From: Actinomycetota bacterium
GTDB lineage: Bacteria; Actinomycetota; Actinomycetes; Actinomycetales; Microbacteriaceae
DNA: 64,000 nucleotides
Reading direction: 5' to 3'
NCBI GenBank assembly: GCA_046046695.1
Contig: JBJOJJ010000001.1
Span: 65,802 to 129,801, forward strand
The position numbers and the translations under genes were made by a program. Of this stretch, positions 10,216-20,965 are shown one piece after another (within the stretch, counting starts at the first letter, position 1; the number at the start of each line of letters is the position of its first letter). The notes under the pieces are model-generated. The model saw only the letters and a list, made by a program, of their open reading frames with translations, was not told the origin of the DNA and did not search any database.

Positions 10216-11978
10216 TAGTACTTGCGCTCCATCGGCTGGTAGTTGGTAATTACGACTGGCTTCCAGCCGAGCTTGATGTTGGTTCCGGTGGCCTTATCGG
10301 TCTTGTCAACCTTGTAGGCCATTGAGTGAACCATGAACTTCTTGTCGTTGCGGTCTGGGAAGTCCTCGCGCAGGTGTGCCCCGCGGGACTCGCGGCGCTC
10401 GCGGCAAGTGATCACGGTTACCTCGGCAAGGTCCAGTAGGAAGCCAAGCTCAACAGCCTCTAGTAGGTCGGTGTTGAAGCGGCGACCCTGGTCCTGGATC
10501 GAGATGTTCTCGTAACGCTTGCGAAGCTCCATGATCTTGTCGAAGGCTTCCTGCAAGGTCTCCTCGGTGCGGAATACCTGGGCGTTTTTGTCCATGGTCT
10601 CCTGCAGCTCCTTGCGAAGCTGAGCAACCTTTTCCTTACCCTTGGCCTTGCGAACCTTTTCCAACATGGCTACAACCTCGTCGGCAGCATTCTCTGGAAC
10701 TGGAACCTGCTTGGCAGTCTTGGCATACTCAACCGCGTAGCGACCAGCACGCTTACCAAAGACGTTGATGTCCAGTAGCGAGTTGGTTCCCAAGCGGTTA
10801 GCACCGTGTACCGAGACACAGGCACATTCACCGGCTGCGTAAAGACCTGGCACCACGGTGTCGTTGTCGCTAAGCACCTCGGCCTTGATGTTGGTTGGAA
10901 TGCCACCCATCGCATAGTGCGCGGTTGGGAACACTGGCACCGGCTCGGTGTAAGGCTCAACGCCCAGGTAGGTGCGAGCAAACTCGGTGATGTCTGGAAG
11001 CTTGGCGTCAATGACCGCTGGCTCTAGGTGAGTTAGGTCAAGTAGTACGTAGTCCTTGTTTGGACCGGCACCGCGACCCTCGCGCACCTCGTTTGCCATC
11101 GCACGCGCAACCATGTCACGCGGAGCTAGGTCCTTGATGGTTGGTGCGTAGCGCTCCATGAAACGCTCGCCGGAGGCGTTACGCAGAATTCCACCCTCAC
11201 CACGAGCCGCCTCGGAGAGCAGAATTCCTAGACCGGCTAGGCCGGTTGGGTGGAACTGGTAGAACTCCATGTCCTCAAGTGGCAGGCCCTTGCGGAAGAT
11301 GATGCCAACGCCATCACCGGTGAGGGTGTGAGCGTTCGAGGTGGTCTTGTAGATCTTGCCAAAGCCACCGGTTGCGAAAACTATCGACTTACCCGCAAAG
11401 ACGTGAATGTCTCCGGTTGCCAATTCGTAGGCAACTACACCGGCAGGCTTGCCCTCGTTCATAACTAGGTCAAGCACGTAGAACTCGTTGTAGAACTCAA
11501 TTCCCAGCTTTACGCAGTTTTGGTACAGGGTCTGCAGGATCATGTGGCCGGTACGGTCGGCTGCGTAGCAGCTGCGGCGCACTGGGGCCTTGCCGTGGTC
11601 ACGAGTGTGACCACCAAAGCGGCGCTGGTCGATCTTGCCGTCTGGGGTTCGGTTGAATGGCAGACCCATGTTCTCTAGGTCGATAACGGCCTGAACCGAT
11701 TCCTTGGCCAAAATCTCAGCGGCATCCTGGTCTACCAGGTAGTCGCCACCCTTAACGGTGTCGAAGGTGTGCCACTCCCAGCTGTCCTCTTCTACGTTTG
11801 CGAGCGCTGCAGCCATTCCACCCTGAGCCGCACCGGTGTGGGAGCGGGTTGGGAACAGCTTCGAGACCACTGCCACCTTGGCGTGCGGGCCAGCCTCAAT
11901 CGCAGCGCGCATGCCAGCGCCACCGGCGCCGACGATAACTACGTCGTAGTTGTGATAGGTCACGTTGTCGTTGGCCAT
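10215..11978 (-). CDS. sdhA: Succinate dehydrogenase flavoprotein subunit
   Basis: GAGGAG, RSHTGAAQGG (covalent FAD His), HYAMGG, HGANRLG. Confidence 0.98.
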   Translation of the reverse strand: MANDNVTYHNYDVVIVGAGGAGMRAAIEAGPHAKVAVVSKLFPTRSHTGAAQGGMAAALANVEEDSWEWHTFDTVKGGDYLVDQDAAEILAKESVQAVIDLENMGLPFNRTPDGKIDQRRFGGHTRDHGKAPVRRSCYAADRTGHMILQTLYQNCVKLGIEFYNEFYVLDLVMNEGKPAGVVAYELATGDIHVFAGKSIVFATGGFGKIYKTTSNAHTLTGDGVGIIFRKGLPLEDMEFYQFHPTGLAGLGILLSEAARGEGGILRNASGERFMERYAPTIKDLAPRDMVARAMANEVREGRGAGPNKDYVLLDLTHLEPAVIDAKLPDITEFARTYLGVEPYTEPVPVFPTAHYAMGGIPTNIKAEVLSDNDTVVPGLYAAGECACVSVHGANRLGTNSLLDINVFGKRAGRYAVEYAKTAKQVPVPENAADEVVAMLEKVRKAKGKEKVAQLRKELQETMDKNAQVFRTEETLQEAFDKIMELRKRYENISIQDQGRRFNTDLLEAVELGFLLDLAEVTVITCRERRESRGAHLREDFPDRNDKKFMVHSMAYKVDKTDKATGTNIKLGWKPVVITNYQPMERKY

Positions 11979-11988
11979 GATTTCCTAA

Positions 11989-12429
11989 CTAGTTCACTGG
12001 GCAGAACGAAGGCAATAGCTCCGCAGCCGCACCAGCAGGGCAAGGGTCAAAAGTAAAGATGACTAGGGTTCCTAGAACCACCAAGAGTGCGCAAACAATC
12101 CAAAGGGTGTAGTTCAGACCGACGCGAACCTTCTCACGCTCTGCGTAGTCGTTCACGATGGTGCGCATACCGTTGGTGCCGTGGATCATCGCAAGCCACA
12201 GCATTGCCAGATCCCAGACCTGCCAGAACGGATCTGCCCACTTGCCAGCAACAAAGGCAAAGTCGATGGCCTTGATGCCCTCACCCATAACCAGGTTCAC
12301 AATCAGGTGGGTGAAGACCAGGACAACCAGTAGCGGTCCGGAGACGCGCATGAATAGCCAACCGTACTTCTCCCAGTTGGCGGCCTTGCGGCTACGAGGC
12401 TGGTTTGGGGTTTCAATAATTACGCTCAT
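11989..12429 (-). CDS. sdhD: Succinate dehydrogenase hydrophobic anchor subunit
   Basis: WLFMRVSG, HGTNGMRTIVNDY; 3 TM segments. Confidence 0.92.
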   Translation of the reverse strand: MSVIIETPNQPRSRKAANWEKYGWLFMRVSGPLLVVLVFTHLIVNLVMGEGIKAIDFAFVAGKWADPFWQVWDLAMLWLAMIHGTNGMRTIVNDYAEREKVRVGLNYTLWIVCALLVVLGTLVIFTFDPCPAGAAAELLPSFCPVN

Positions 12430-12821
12430 TAGTGGGCTCCAAACACTCGAGCTAGGTGAACCGGCGTAAAGGCCGCCACCAAAACCACGCTGATCGCGAC
12501 GACTGCCCAGAACATGATGTTCTGGTACTTGGTGCCCTTGGACCAGAAGTCAACCGCGATGATGCGAAGACCGTTCAGACCGTGGAACAAGATTCCAGCA
12601 ACCAAGCCAAGCTCTGCAACACCAACAACCGGAGTCTTGTAGGACTCGATCACGACGTTGTAGGCCTCTGGGCTGACTCGAACCAGGGCGGTGTCAAGAA
12701 TGTGTACAAGTAGGAAAAAGAAAATTGCGACACCGGTAATACGGTGCAACACCCAGGACCACATGCCCACCTTGCCGCGGTACAGGGTTCCTGCTGGCCG
12801 AGTTGCCAAGCTAGCCTCCAT
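12429..12821 (-). CDS. sdhC: Succinate dehydrogenase cytochrome b556 subunit
   Basis: WVLHRITG, FHGLNGLR heme-ligand motifs. Confidence 0.93.
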   Translation of the reverse strand: MEASLATRPAGTLYRGKVGMWSWVLHRITGVAIFFFLLVHILDTALVRVSPEAYNVVIESYKTPVVGVAELGLVAGILFHGLNGLRIIAVDFWSKGTKYQNIMFWAVVAISVVLVAAFTPVHLARVFGAH

Positions 12822-12904
12822 GGATAGTTTCGGGATACCTAAAGTCTAACTAACCAAACCTCTTTGGCTTTCCCAAATGGCCAAGAAACATCTAGGGTGA
12901 TTAG

Positions 12905-14014
12905 GTGAGTTCCTCAAAAAGCAGCAACCTAGAGAATTTCTTTGCCGTAATCCCAGCCGGAGGCGTGGGTTCTAGGCTCTGGCCTTTGTCTCGTGCTAGC
13001 GCACCGAAGTTTCTGCACGACCTAACCGGTAGCGGCCAGACTCTGCTGCAGGACACCTGGGATCGGCTGCAGCCCTTGGCAGCGGGAAAGACCATGGTGG
13101 TTACCGGTAACGTTCACGCTCACGCCGTTGAGCAGCAGCTTCCAGACCTAGACGAACAGCACATCATTCTCGAGCCATCTCCCAGAGATTCCACCGCGGC
13201 GATTGCGCTTGCCGCCGCTGTGTTAGCTCAACGCCAACCCGACGTAATCATTGGTTCTTTCGCGGCTGACCACGTGATTTTGGATCAGGCCGAATTTCAA
13301 AAGAGCGTGCTTGAGGCCATCGATGTGGCCGCCACCGGAAAGATCGTCACCATTGGACTGAGACCAACCGAACCATCGGTGGGATTTGGCTACATCCAAA
13401 AGGGTGAGCCACTTGAGAGCCCAACGGCCTGCCAGGTGCTCAAGTTTGTCGAGAAGCCAAATATCAAGGTCGCCAAGCAATATGTCGAATCCGGCGACTA
13501 TTTCTGGAACGCTGGAATGTTTATTGCCAAGGCCAGTCTGCTACTCAGTGTGCTGGAGCAGACCGAGCCAGAGCTGCACCGCGGCATCATGGAAATCGCG
13601 AAGGCCTGGGACACCCCAAAGCGCGAAGCAGTCCTCAAGAGCGTCTGGGCAAAACTCAAGCGCATTGCCATCGACTACTCGATTGCCGAACCGGCTGCCG
13701 AGCAAGGCCTAGTAGCGGTTATTCCAGCTGAATTCGAGTGGCACGACGTTGGAGACTTTGCCTCAATCGCAGAGCTGCAGTCCCAGGGAAGAAAGGGCAA
13801 CCTTGCGGTTTTGGGTTCCGCCAAGGTTCTTTCTGATTCCTCATCAGGCATCTTGGTCTCTGACACCGATCGCTTGATCGCTTTGATTGGGCTGGAAGAT
13901 GTGATCGTGGTGGACACCCCGGATGCCTTGCTCATCACAACCAAGGAGCACGCCCAAAAGGTGAAGTCTTTGGTGGATGTGCTAAAGCAAACCGGACACT
14001 CAGAGCTTTTATAA
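12905..14014 (+). CDS. manC: Mannose-1-phosphate guanylyltransferase
   Basis: AGGVGSRLWPLSR, FVEKP, WNAGMF, WHDVG. Confidence 0.93.
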   Translation: MSSSKSSNLENFFAVIPAGGVGSRLWPLSRASAPKFLHDLTGSGQTLLQDTWDRLQPLAAGKTMVVTGNVHAHAVEQQLPDLDEQHIILEPSPRDSTAAIALAAAVLAQRQPDVIIGSFAADHVILDQAEFQKSVLEAIDVAATGKIVTIGLRPTEPSVGFGYIQKGEPLESPTACQVLKFVEKPNIKVAKQYVESGDYFWNAGMFIAKASLLLSVLEQTEPELHRGIMEIAKAWDTPKREAVLKSVWAKLKRIAIDYSIAEPAAEQGLVAVIPAEFEWHDVGDFASIAELQSQGRKGNLAVLGSAKVLSDSSSGILVSDTDRLIALIGLEDVIVVDTPDALLITTKEHAQKVKSLVDVLKQTGHSELL

Positions 14015-14129
14015 CAGTTACCAAACAGGGTCAAAACTTGGCCGCTGAGGTCATTTTTGCCTTGGCTTGGCAGGTAGAGTTGTGGCAATACTGCGCCCTC
14101 GGGCGCGAAATTCCAATCAGGAGGAAACC

Positions 14130-15209
14130 TTGAAACTAAAGAATGCATCCGCAGCATTCGCACTACTAGGCGTTTCAGCCCTAGTGCTAACCGGTTGCGC
14201 AGCTGCCCCAGAGGCAGAGCCAACCGCATCGGAGACCGCATCAGAGGCACCAAGCATTGACTACCTTGCTTGTGCAGTTTCTGACGAGGGTAGCTGGAAC
14301 GACAAGTCGTTCAACGAGTCTGTTTTTGACGGTCTAACCAAGGCTCAGACTGAGCTAGGTGTTCAGATCGCCGAGGCTGAGTCAAACTCTGCTGAGGACT
14401 TCGCACCGAACCTACAGGCAATGGTTGACCAGTCTTGCGACATCACCTTCGCTGTTGGCTTCAACCTAGTTGCAGACGTAAACGCTGCTGCTGCTGCTAA
14501 CCCAGAGGTTAACTTCGTAACCATCGATGGTTGGTCTGAGGGCAACGCAAACCTAAAGCCAGTTGGCTACGCAATGAACCAGTCCAGCTACCTAGCTGGC
14601 TACCTAGCTGCTGCTTACTCGACCACCAAGGTGGTTGGTACCTACGGTGGTATGCAGATTGACGCTGTTACCGACTTCATGAACGGCTTCTACTACGGAG
14701 CTATGGCATGGGGCGAGGAGAACGGCACTGAGGTTAAGGTTGTTGGTTGGGACCCAGCCGCAGCTACCGGTCAGTTCATCGGTGACTTCACCCCTAACTC
14801 CGGTACCTCCAAGTCGATCGCAGCTGCTTTGATCAACGACGGCGCTGACGTAATCTTCCCAGTAGGTGGAGACCAGTTCGGTGCTGTTTCTGAGGCAATC
14901 AAGGAAGCTGGCATCGCCGGTGTAATGATCGGTGTTGACAAGGACGTGGCTCTAACCTCTCCAGAGTACGCACCATACGTGCTTACCTCTGCTGAGAAGC
15001 GCATGACCAACGCTGTTTACGACATCATCGCAGAGCTATCTGCTGGTGGCGCATTCAACGGTGACGCATACGTTGGCACCTTGGCAAACGGTGGAACCGG
15101 ACTATCTCCGTTCTACGAGTTCGACTCCAAGATCGATGACGCAACCAAGGCTCGCCTAGCCGAGATCGAGGCTGGCATCATCGCTGGTGAGATCGACCCA
15201 CTGAGCTAA
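14130..15209 (+). CDS. BMP family (PnrA/TmpC-like) nucleoside-binding lipoprotein
   Basis: TTG start after AGGAGG; LTGC lipobox; DKSFN and IGVDKD motifs; strongly biased codon usage. Confidence 0.92.
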   Translation: MKLKNASAAFALLGVSALVLTGCAAAPEAEPTASETASEAPSIDYLACAVSDEGSWNDKSFNESVFDGLTKAQTELGVQIAEAESNSAEDFAPNLQAMVDQSCDITFAVGFNLVADVNAAAAANPEVNFVTIDGWSEGNANLKPVGYAMNQSSYLAGYLAAAYSTTKVVGTYGGMQIDAVTDFMNGFYYGAMAWGEENGTEVKVVGWDPAAATGQFIGDFTPNSGTSKSIAAALINDGADVIFPVGGDQFGAVSEAIKEAGIAGVMIGVDKDVALTSPEYAPYVLTSAEKRMTNAVYDIIAELSAGGAFNGDAYVGTLANGGTGLSPFYEFDSKIDDATKARLAEIEAGIIAGEIDPLS

Positions 15210-15223
15210 TTCAGTATCAAAAC

Positions 15224-15261
15224 CTAAAGGCCGCAGAGTGATCTGCGGCCTTTAGTTTTTT
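15224..15261 (+). terminator. Rho-independent terminator after the BMP gene
   Basis: 14-bp stem CTAAAGGCCGCAGA-gtga-TCTGCGGCCTTTAG followed by a T run. Confidence 0.9.
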
Positions 15262-15295
15262 GGCAGAATAGTAGGGGGCACGAAGGAGTGCAAAA

Positions 15296-16804
15296 GTGAA
15301 ATTAGAACTGCGCGGCATTACAAAGCGCTTTGGTCAACTGGTGGCCAACGACTCGATTAACTTGGTGGTTCAGCCGGGTGAGATCCATGCCCTCTTGGGA
15401 GAGAATGGCGCTGGTAAGTCAACCCTGATGAATGTGCTCTACGGCTTGTATCAGGCCGACGAGGGCGAAATTCTGCTTGACGATAAGGCACAGAAGTTCT
15501 CAGGCCCTGGCGATGCCATGGCAGCTGGAATCGGCATGGTCCACCAGCACTTCATGCTTATCCCAGTCTTTACGGTTGCCGAGAATGTTGCCCTCGGTAA
15601 CGAGCCCACCGGAGTGATGGGAACCTTTAATCTTTCTGAGGCCAGAAAGCGCGTTGTCGAAATCTCCAACCGCTTCGGTTTCAATGTTGACCCAGACGCT
15701 CTGGTGGAAGACCTACCGGTGGGTGTCCAGCAACGTGTGGAAATCATCAAGGCGCTCTCGCGCGATGCCAAGGTGCTCGTGCTCGACGAACCGACCGCTG
15801 TGCTCACCCCGCAGGAAACCGACGAGCTGATGGCGATTATGCGTCAGTTAGCTAAGGCCGGAACCTCAATTGTTTTCATTACCCACAAACTTCGTGAAGT
15901 AAAAGAAGTTGCCGACAAGATCACCGTTATCCGCTTGGGCAAGGTGGTAGGAGATGCTTCCCCTGAGGCATCCACCTCGGAGCTGGCTTCGATGATGGTT
16001 GGTCGCGAAGTGGACCTGACGGTCTCAAAGCGCCAGGCTTCTCTGGGTGAGGCTGTGCTCCGAGTCGAGAACATCTCGGTATTGGATGACCGTAACCAGC
16101 GAGCGGTAAACGGCGTTAGCTTCAACGTTCAGCGCGGTGAGATCTTGGCCATTGCCGGTGTTCAGGGCAACGGTCAGACCGAGCTTGCGGAGGCGCTTCT
16201 GGGATTGCGCCCGGTTATCAAGGGCAGCGGTGCGATTGCCATTAAGGATCAGGTGCGAAAGCCGCAGGCTTCGGTGCGGGATGTCTTAGATTCCGGCGTG
16301 GGATTTATCCCCGAAGACCGTAAGAAGGACGGCCTGGTCTCTGAGTTCACCATCGCAGAGAACCTAATGCTGGATGCGTCTTATAAGTCGGTATTCACCA
16401 AGGGCTTCAATATCAATTTCGCAGCTCGCAAGAAAATCTCTCGAGAGCTGGTTGAGCGCTTTGACGTTCGCACTCCTTCTGCAGACCACCTTGCTGGAAA
16501 ACTTTCCGGCGGTAACCAGCAGAAGGTTGTTGTGGCCAGAGAGCTTTACCGCAATGTCGACATTTTGATCGCATCCCAGCCGACCAGAGGTGTTGACGTT
16601 GGTTCAATCGAATTTATCCACGAGCAGCTGGTGGCCGAACGTGATGCCGGCAAGGCTGTGATCTTGATCTCCACCGAACTCGATGAGGTGCTCGCTTTGG
16701 CGGACCGCATCGCGGTGATGTATCGCGGACAGATTGTTGGAATTGTTGGCCCAGAGACTTCACGAGAGCAGTTGGGCAAGATGATGGCGGGAGTCGCAGC
16801 GTGA
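15296..16804 (+). CDS. Nucleoside/sugar (CUT2) ABC transporter ATP-binding protein with two ATPase domains
   Basis: GENGAGKST, GMVHQHF, LDEPT, LSGGNQQK, QPTRGVD. Confidence 0.95.
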   Translation: MKLELRGITKRFGQLVANDSINLVVQPGEIHALLGENGAGKSTLMNVLYGLYQADEGEILLDDKAQKFSGPGDAMAAGIGMVHQHFMLIPVFTVAENVALGNEPTGVMGTFNLSEARKRVVEISNRFGFNVDPDALVEDLPVGVQQRVEIIKALSRDAKVLVLDEPTAVLTPQETDELMAIMRQLAKAGTSIVFITHKLREVKEVADKITVIRLGKVVGDASPEASTSELASMMVGREVDLTVSKRQASLGEAVLRVENISVLDDRNQRAVNGVSFNVQRGEILAIAGVQGNGQTELAEALLGLRPVIKGSGAIAIKDQVRKPQASVRDVLDSGVGFIPEDRKKDGLVSEFTIAENLMLDASYKSVFTKGFNINFAARKKISRELVERFDVRTPSADHLAGKLSGGNQQKVVVARELYRNVDILIASQPTRGVDVGSIEFIHEQLVAERDAGKAVILISTELDEVLALADRIAVMYRGQIVGIVGPETSREQLGKMMAGVAA

Positions 16805-18024
16805 GTAACCCAGAAGCAAGATTGAACCAAGCGATCAAGGAAATTTTGTCCGGTGGGCTGACCCGCACCGTGCTGTCTGTAATCCTGGGCTTCTTGGTGG
16901 GGGCCATGTTCATGATCGGCTCCAACAAGGAGTTCCTAGAGGGTCTGACCTACTTCTTTTCTCGTCCGCAAGACTCGTTGGGGGCCGCCTGGACTGTTGT
17001 CAGCGATGGCTATGGCGCCCTATTTAAGGGATCGATTTACAACGCCGAGGCTGAGGATCTTGTTAGGGCCTTTAGGCCTTTGACCGAGACCCTACGCCTG
17101 GGCGCTCCGCTGATTGCTGCCGGTTTGGGAATCGGCCTGGCCTTCCGAGTTGGCCTGTTCAACATCGGTGGTACCGGCCAGTTGATCTTCGGAATGATCT
17201 TCGCCACCTGGGTTGCCACCCGCGTCGAGTTGCCAATCGTGCTTCACACCTTGGTTGCGCTAATCGCAGGAATCTTGGGTGCGGCGCTATTGGGTGCGCT
17301 GGTTGGTTTCCTGAAGGCTCGAACCGGTGCCCACGAGGTGATTTTGACGATCATGCTCAATTACATTGCGCTTTACTTCTTCACCTTCTTGATGCGCGAC
17401 CCAATGCTGCTTCAGGAAGAACGTGCTACCGGTAACCCTAAGGCTGACCCAGCAGCGGTAACAGCCCAGTTCCCCAAGCTCTTCGGCGATGAGTACTCGC
17501 TGCACTGGGGCTTGGTAATCGCGCTGGCAGCGGTAATTGTGTACTGGTGGCTAATGGAGCGCTCCACGATTGGTTACCGCCTGCGCATGGTTGGCTTCAA
17601 CCCAGATGCGGCTAAGACCGCGGGTATCAATGTGAACCGCACCTACATTTTGGCAATGGCACTTTCCGCCGCTTTCGTTGGAGTGGCTGCCTCAAACCAG
17701 GCGCTGGGAACCGCTATCGGAGTTACTCCAAGCTCACACGCCGGCATCGGTTTTGATGCCATCACGGTGGCGCTGTTGGGTGGCTCCTCGGCCCCAGGTA
17801 TCTTGCTCGCCGGATTGCTCTTCGGAGCATTCAAGGCGGGAGCTCCTGCGATGCAGGTAATCGGAGTTTCTCCCGAGGTGCTCGGCATCGTGCAGGGTGC
17901 GATTGTTTTGTTCATCGCAGCTCCGCCACTGATCAGAGCAATTTTTGGCTTGCCTAAGCCACAGACCACCAATGCCCTCGGTGCCTTCCGAGATCGAATC
18001 TTTGGGAAAGGTGGTGCCAAATGA
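16801..18024 (+). CDS. Nucleoside ABC transporter permease 1
   Basis: GLFNIGG, HEVILTIMLNY, GFDAITVALLG. Confidence 0.92.
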   Translation: MSNPEARLNQAIKEILSGGLTRTVLSVILGFLVGAMFMIGSNKEFLEGLTYFFSRPQDSLGAAWTVVSDGYGALFKGSIYNAEAEDLVRAFRPLTETLRLGAPLIAAGLGIGLAFRVGLFNIGGTGQLIFGMIFATWVATRVELPIVLHTLVALIAGILGAALLGALVGFLKARTGAHEVILTIMLNYIALYFFTFLMRDPMLLQEERATGNPKADPAAVTAQFPKLFGDEYSLHWGLVIALAAVIVYWWLMERSTIGYRLRMVGFNPDAAKTAGINVNRTYILAMALSAAFVGVAASNQALGTAIGVTPSSHAGIGFDAITVALLGGSSAPGILLAGLLFGAFKAGAPAMQVIGVSPEVLGIVQGAIVLFIAAPPLIRAIFGLPKPQTTNALGAFRDRIFGKGGAK

Positions 18025-19289
18025 GTTGGCTTAAGCCGGTCGCTGGCATCAACAGCGAAGAGCGGGTTGGTTACAAGAGCCCGATCGTCATGGGGGCAAT
18101 TGGCCTCATCGTGCTCTACTTCTTTGGCCTAGTGGGCCGCTCAGGTCAAACCACGTTTGAGCTAACTCGCAAAGAGGATGCTATACAGCTTCCAGCCTTT
18201 GAAATTGCATCGGCTCAGCTTGGCATCATCTCGGGCGTCTTGATGCTGGTAATTGCGGCAGCCGCTCTGCTGCTATCGCTACGCAATCAGAAGACTCCGA
18301 TTTGGCTAGCGTCGATCTACGGATTGGTTAGTGTCACATCCCTACTGGGCTGGCTAGCCGCCGACAACAGCGTGCCGGTGGTCTTTATCGCTGGAACCGC
18401 TCTGGTTTTGGCGGTGCCAATCATGCTCGGAGCGATGGCCGGTGTGATGAGTGAGCGCAGTGGAATTACCAACATTGCCATCGAGGGCCAGCTGCTAACC
18501 GGTGCCTTTATGGCTGCGGTGGTTTCTAGCATCACCGACAACTTCGCACTGGGAATCTTCGCAGCAATGTTCACAGCATCGCTGATGAGCATGGTGCTGG
18601 CAGTATTCGCCATCAAGTTCTTAGCCCAGCAGATCATCGTTGGTGTGGTGCTGAACGTATTGGTAATTGGTATCACCAACTTCCTCTATCAGCAGTGGCT
18701 CACCGAGGATGGCGAGAACGTAAACTTCCCCGGCACCTTGGACATCATCAAGATTCCATTCCTAAGCGATATTCCTGTGATCGGTCCAGTGCTGTTTGAG
18801 AACCGAATCACGGTCTTCGCCGCGTTGTTGATTGTTCCTGCGCTTTGGTTTGTGCTGTTCAAGACCAAGCTGGGCCTTCGTGCCAGAGCAGTCGGTGAGC
18901 ACCCACTTGCTGCCGACACCGTCGGCATCAACGTCGGCCGCACTCGTTTCTGGTGGGTAACCATCGGTGGTGCGATCGCAGGTCTTGGTGGTGCCGCCCT
19001 AACCATTGGTAACGCAGGTGCGTTTGGTCGTGAGATGTCCGGAGGCTTTGGTTTTATCGCCCTGGCGGTTGTCATCCTTGGTCGCTGGCACCCAATTTCG
19101 GCAGCCTTGGCAGCTTTGCTGTTCGGCTTCTCGATCATCCTGCGCGTTTGGGCAAACCAGGTTAGCCCCGGTATTCCTACCGACTTCATCACGATGGTTC
19201 CCTACATTGTCACCATCATCGCGGTGGTTGGTTTCGTGGGTCAGTCAAGACCTCCGAAGTCACTCGCCATCCCATATGTGAAGGGGTAG
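18021..19289 (+). CDS. Nucleoside ABC transporter permease 2
   Basis: ERSGITNIAIEG, RAVGEHP, GFIALA, PYIVT. Confidence 0.92.
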   Translation: MSWLKPVAGINSEERVGYKSPIVMGAIGLIVLYFFGLVGRSGQTTFELTRKEDAIQLPAFEIASAQLGIISGVLMLVIAAAALLLSLRNQKTPIWLASIYGLVSVTSLLGWLAADNSVPVVFIAGTALVLAVPIMLGAMAGVMSERSGITNIAIEGQLLTGAFMAAVVSSITDNFALGIFAAMFTASLMSMVLAVFAIKFLAQQIIVGVVLNVLVIGITNFLYQQWLTEDGENVNFPGTLDIIKIPFLSDIPVIGPVLFENRITVFAALLIVPALWFVLFKTKLGLRARAVGEHPLAADTVGINVGRTRFWWVTIGGAIAGLGGAALTIGNAGAFGREMSGGFGFIALAVVILGRWHPISAALAALLFGFSIILRVWANQVSPGIPTDFITMVPYIVTIIAVVGFVGQSRPPKSLAIPYVKG

Positions 19290-19291
19290 TT

Positions 19292-19684
19292 GTGGATATC
19301 GATTGGGCAGCTTTGAAGGCGGAAGCCATCAAAGCCATGAAAAAGGCTTATGCGCCATATTCAAACTTTCCAGTTGGGGCAGCAGCGCTAACCGATAAGG
19401 GCGAAATCATCTCTGGCTGCAATGTGGAGAATGCTTCATATGGAGTTGGGCTGTGTGCCGAGTGCTCGCTGGTCAGTGAGCTCTATCGCACCGGTGGCGG
19501 CAAATTGGTTGCCTTTTCCTGTGTTGATGGTGATGGCAACACCCTGATGCCCTGTGGTCGTTGCCGCCAGTTGCTTTACGAACACCATGCCCCAGGCATG
19601 CTGCTGGACACTGTTTCTGGCATCAAAACCATCTACGAAGTATTGCCTGATGCCTTCGGGCCTGAACACCTGGAGCAAAAGTGA
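19292..19684 (+). CDS. cdd: Cytidine deaminase (homotetrameric type)
   Basis: AYAPYSNFPVGAA, NVENASY, CAE, PCGRCRQ. Confidence 0.96.
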   Translation: MDIDWAALKAEAIKAMKKAYAPYSNFPVGAAALTDKGEIISGCNVENASYGVGLCAECSLVSELYRTGGGKLVAFSCVDGDGNTLMPCGRCRQLLYEHHAPGMLLDTVSGIKTIYEVLPDAFGPEHLEQK

Positions 19685-20958
19685 GCTTTTCCGCTGTCGA
19701 ACTAATCATCAAAAAGCGCGAGCGTTTTGAACTATCCACCGACGAGATTCATTGGTTGGTTGCCAACTACACCTCGGGAGTAGTGGCGGATGAGCAAATG
19801 TCAGCGATGGCGATGGCGATTTTGCTAAACGGCATGAACCGCCGTGAGATTAAGGACCTCACTCTCGCGATGATCGACTCCGGAGAGCGTTTGGAGTTCA
19901 CTGGGCTTTCGATGCCAACCGCGGATAAGCACTCCACCGGTGGCGTTGGCGACAAGATCACTTTGCCTCTCGCTCCGCTGGTCGCCTCATATGGCGTTGC
20001 GGTGCCGCAGCTTTCTGGTCGCGGTCTCGGTCACACCGGTGGGACACTGGACAAACTCGAAGCCATCCCCGGCTGGCAGGCGAGTCTTTCCAATACCGAG
20101 CTTTACTCTCAGTTAGCCGAAGTCGGTGCTGTGATCTGCGCTGCCGGATCTGGTCTTGCTCCAGCCGATAGAAAGCTCTACTCGCTTCGCGATGTCACTG
20201 GCACGGTGGAGGCTATCCCGCTAATCGCTTCATCGATTATGAGCAAGAAGATTGCCGAGGGGACGGCTGCTTTGGTGCTGGATGTCAAGGTTGGCTCGGG
20301 GGCATTCATGAAGACTCTTGATCGAGCAACCGAACTAGCTCAAACCTTGGTTCAACTCGGTCAGGATGCCGGTGTTAACACCGCAGCTTTGCTTACCGAT
20401 ATGTCCACTCCGCTGGGCCTCAAGATCGGTAATGCTCTTGAGGTTGAGGAGTCGGTTGAAGTACTAGCCGGCGGAGGACCTGCGGATGTTGTCGAGCTGA
20501 CAGTTGAGCTAGCGAAAGAGATGCTCATCCAAGCTGGCGTCCACGGTGTTGACCCGAGCGAGAACCTGCGCAACGGTAAAGCGATGGATAAGTGGCGTCA
20601 AATGATTTCTGCTCAGGGTGGCAACCCGGATGCGGAACTTCCAAAGGCAAAGCACTCCCACCAAATCTTGGCGACCGAGTCTGGTTTTGTATCCCGCCTG
20701 GATGCCCTCGATGTCGGTATCGCCTCCTGGCGCTTGGGAGCCGGTCGCGAGCGTAAAGAAGATGCCGTTCAGTTTGGGGCTGGCATCGAGCTCAATGTCC
20801 AAATCGGGAGCCACATCGAAGCTGGTCAGCCGCTAATGACCCTCTTCACCGACACCGAAGAAAAGTTTGAGCGCGCGATTGAGCTAGCCAGTGGTGCGGT
20901 CGAGATTTCAGCCTTGCCGGTTGCGGAGCGTAAGCTCATCCTCGGCAGAATCAGTTAG
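19681..20958 (+). CDS. deoA: Thymidine/pyrimidine-nucleoside phosphorylase
   Basis: DKHSTGGVGDK, SGRGLGHTGGTLDKLE, SSIMSKK. Confidence 0.96.
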   Translation: MSFSAVELIIKKRERFELSTDEIHWLVANYTSGVVADEQMSAMAMAILLNGMNRREIKDLTLAMIDSGERLEFTGLSMPTADKHSTGGVGDKITLPLAPLVASYGVAVPQLSGRGLGHTGGTLDKLEAIPGWQASLSNTELYSQLAEVGAVICAAGSGLAPADRKLYSLRDVTGTVEAIPLIASSIMSKKIAEGTAALVLDVKVGSGAFMKTLDRATELAQTLVQLGQDAGVNTAALLTDMSTPLGLKIGNALEVEESVEVLAGGGPADVVELTVELAKEMLIQAGVHGVDPSENLRNGKAMDKWRQMISAQGGNPDAELPKAKHSHQILATESGFVSRLDALDVGIASWRLGAGRERKEDAVQFGAGIELNVQIGSHIEAGQPLMTLFTDTEEKFERAIELASGAVEISALPVAERKLILGRIS

Positions 20959-20965
20959 GAACCCA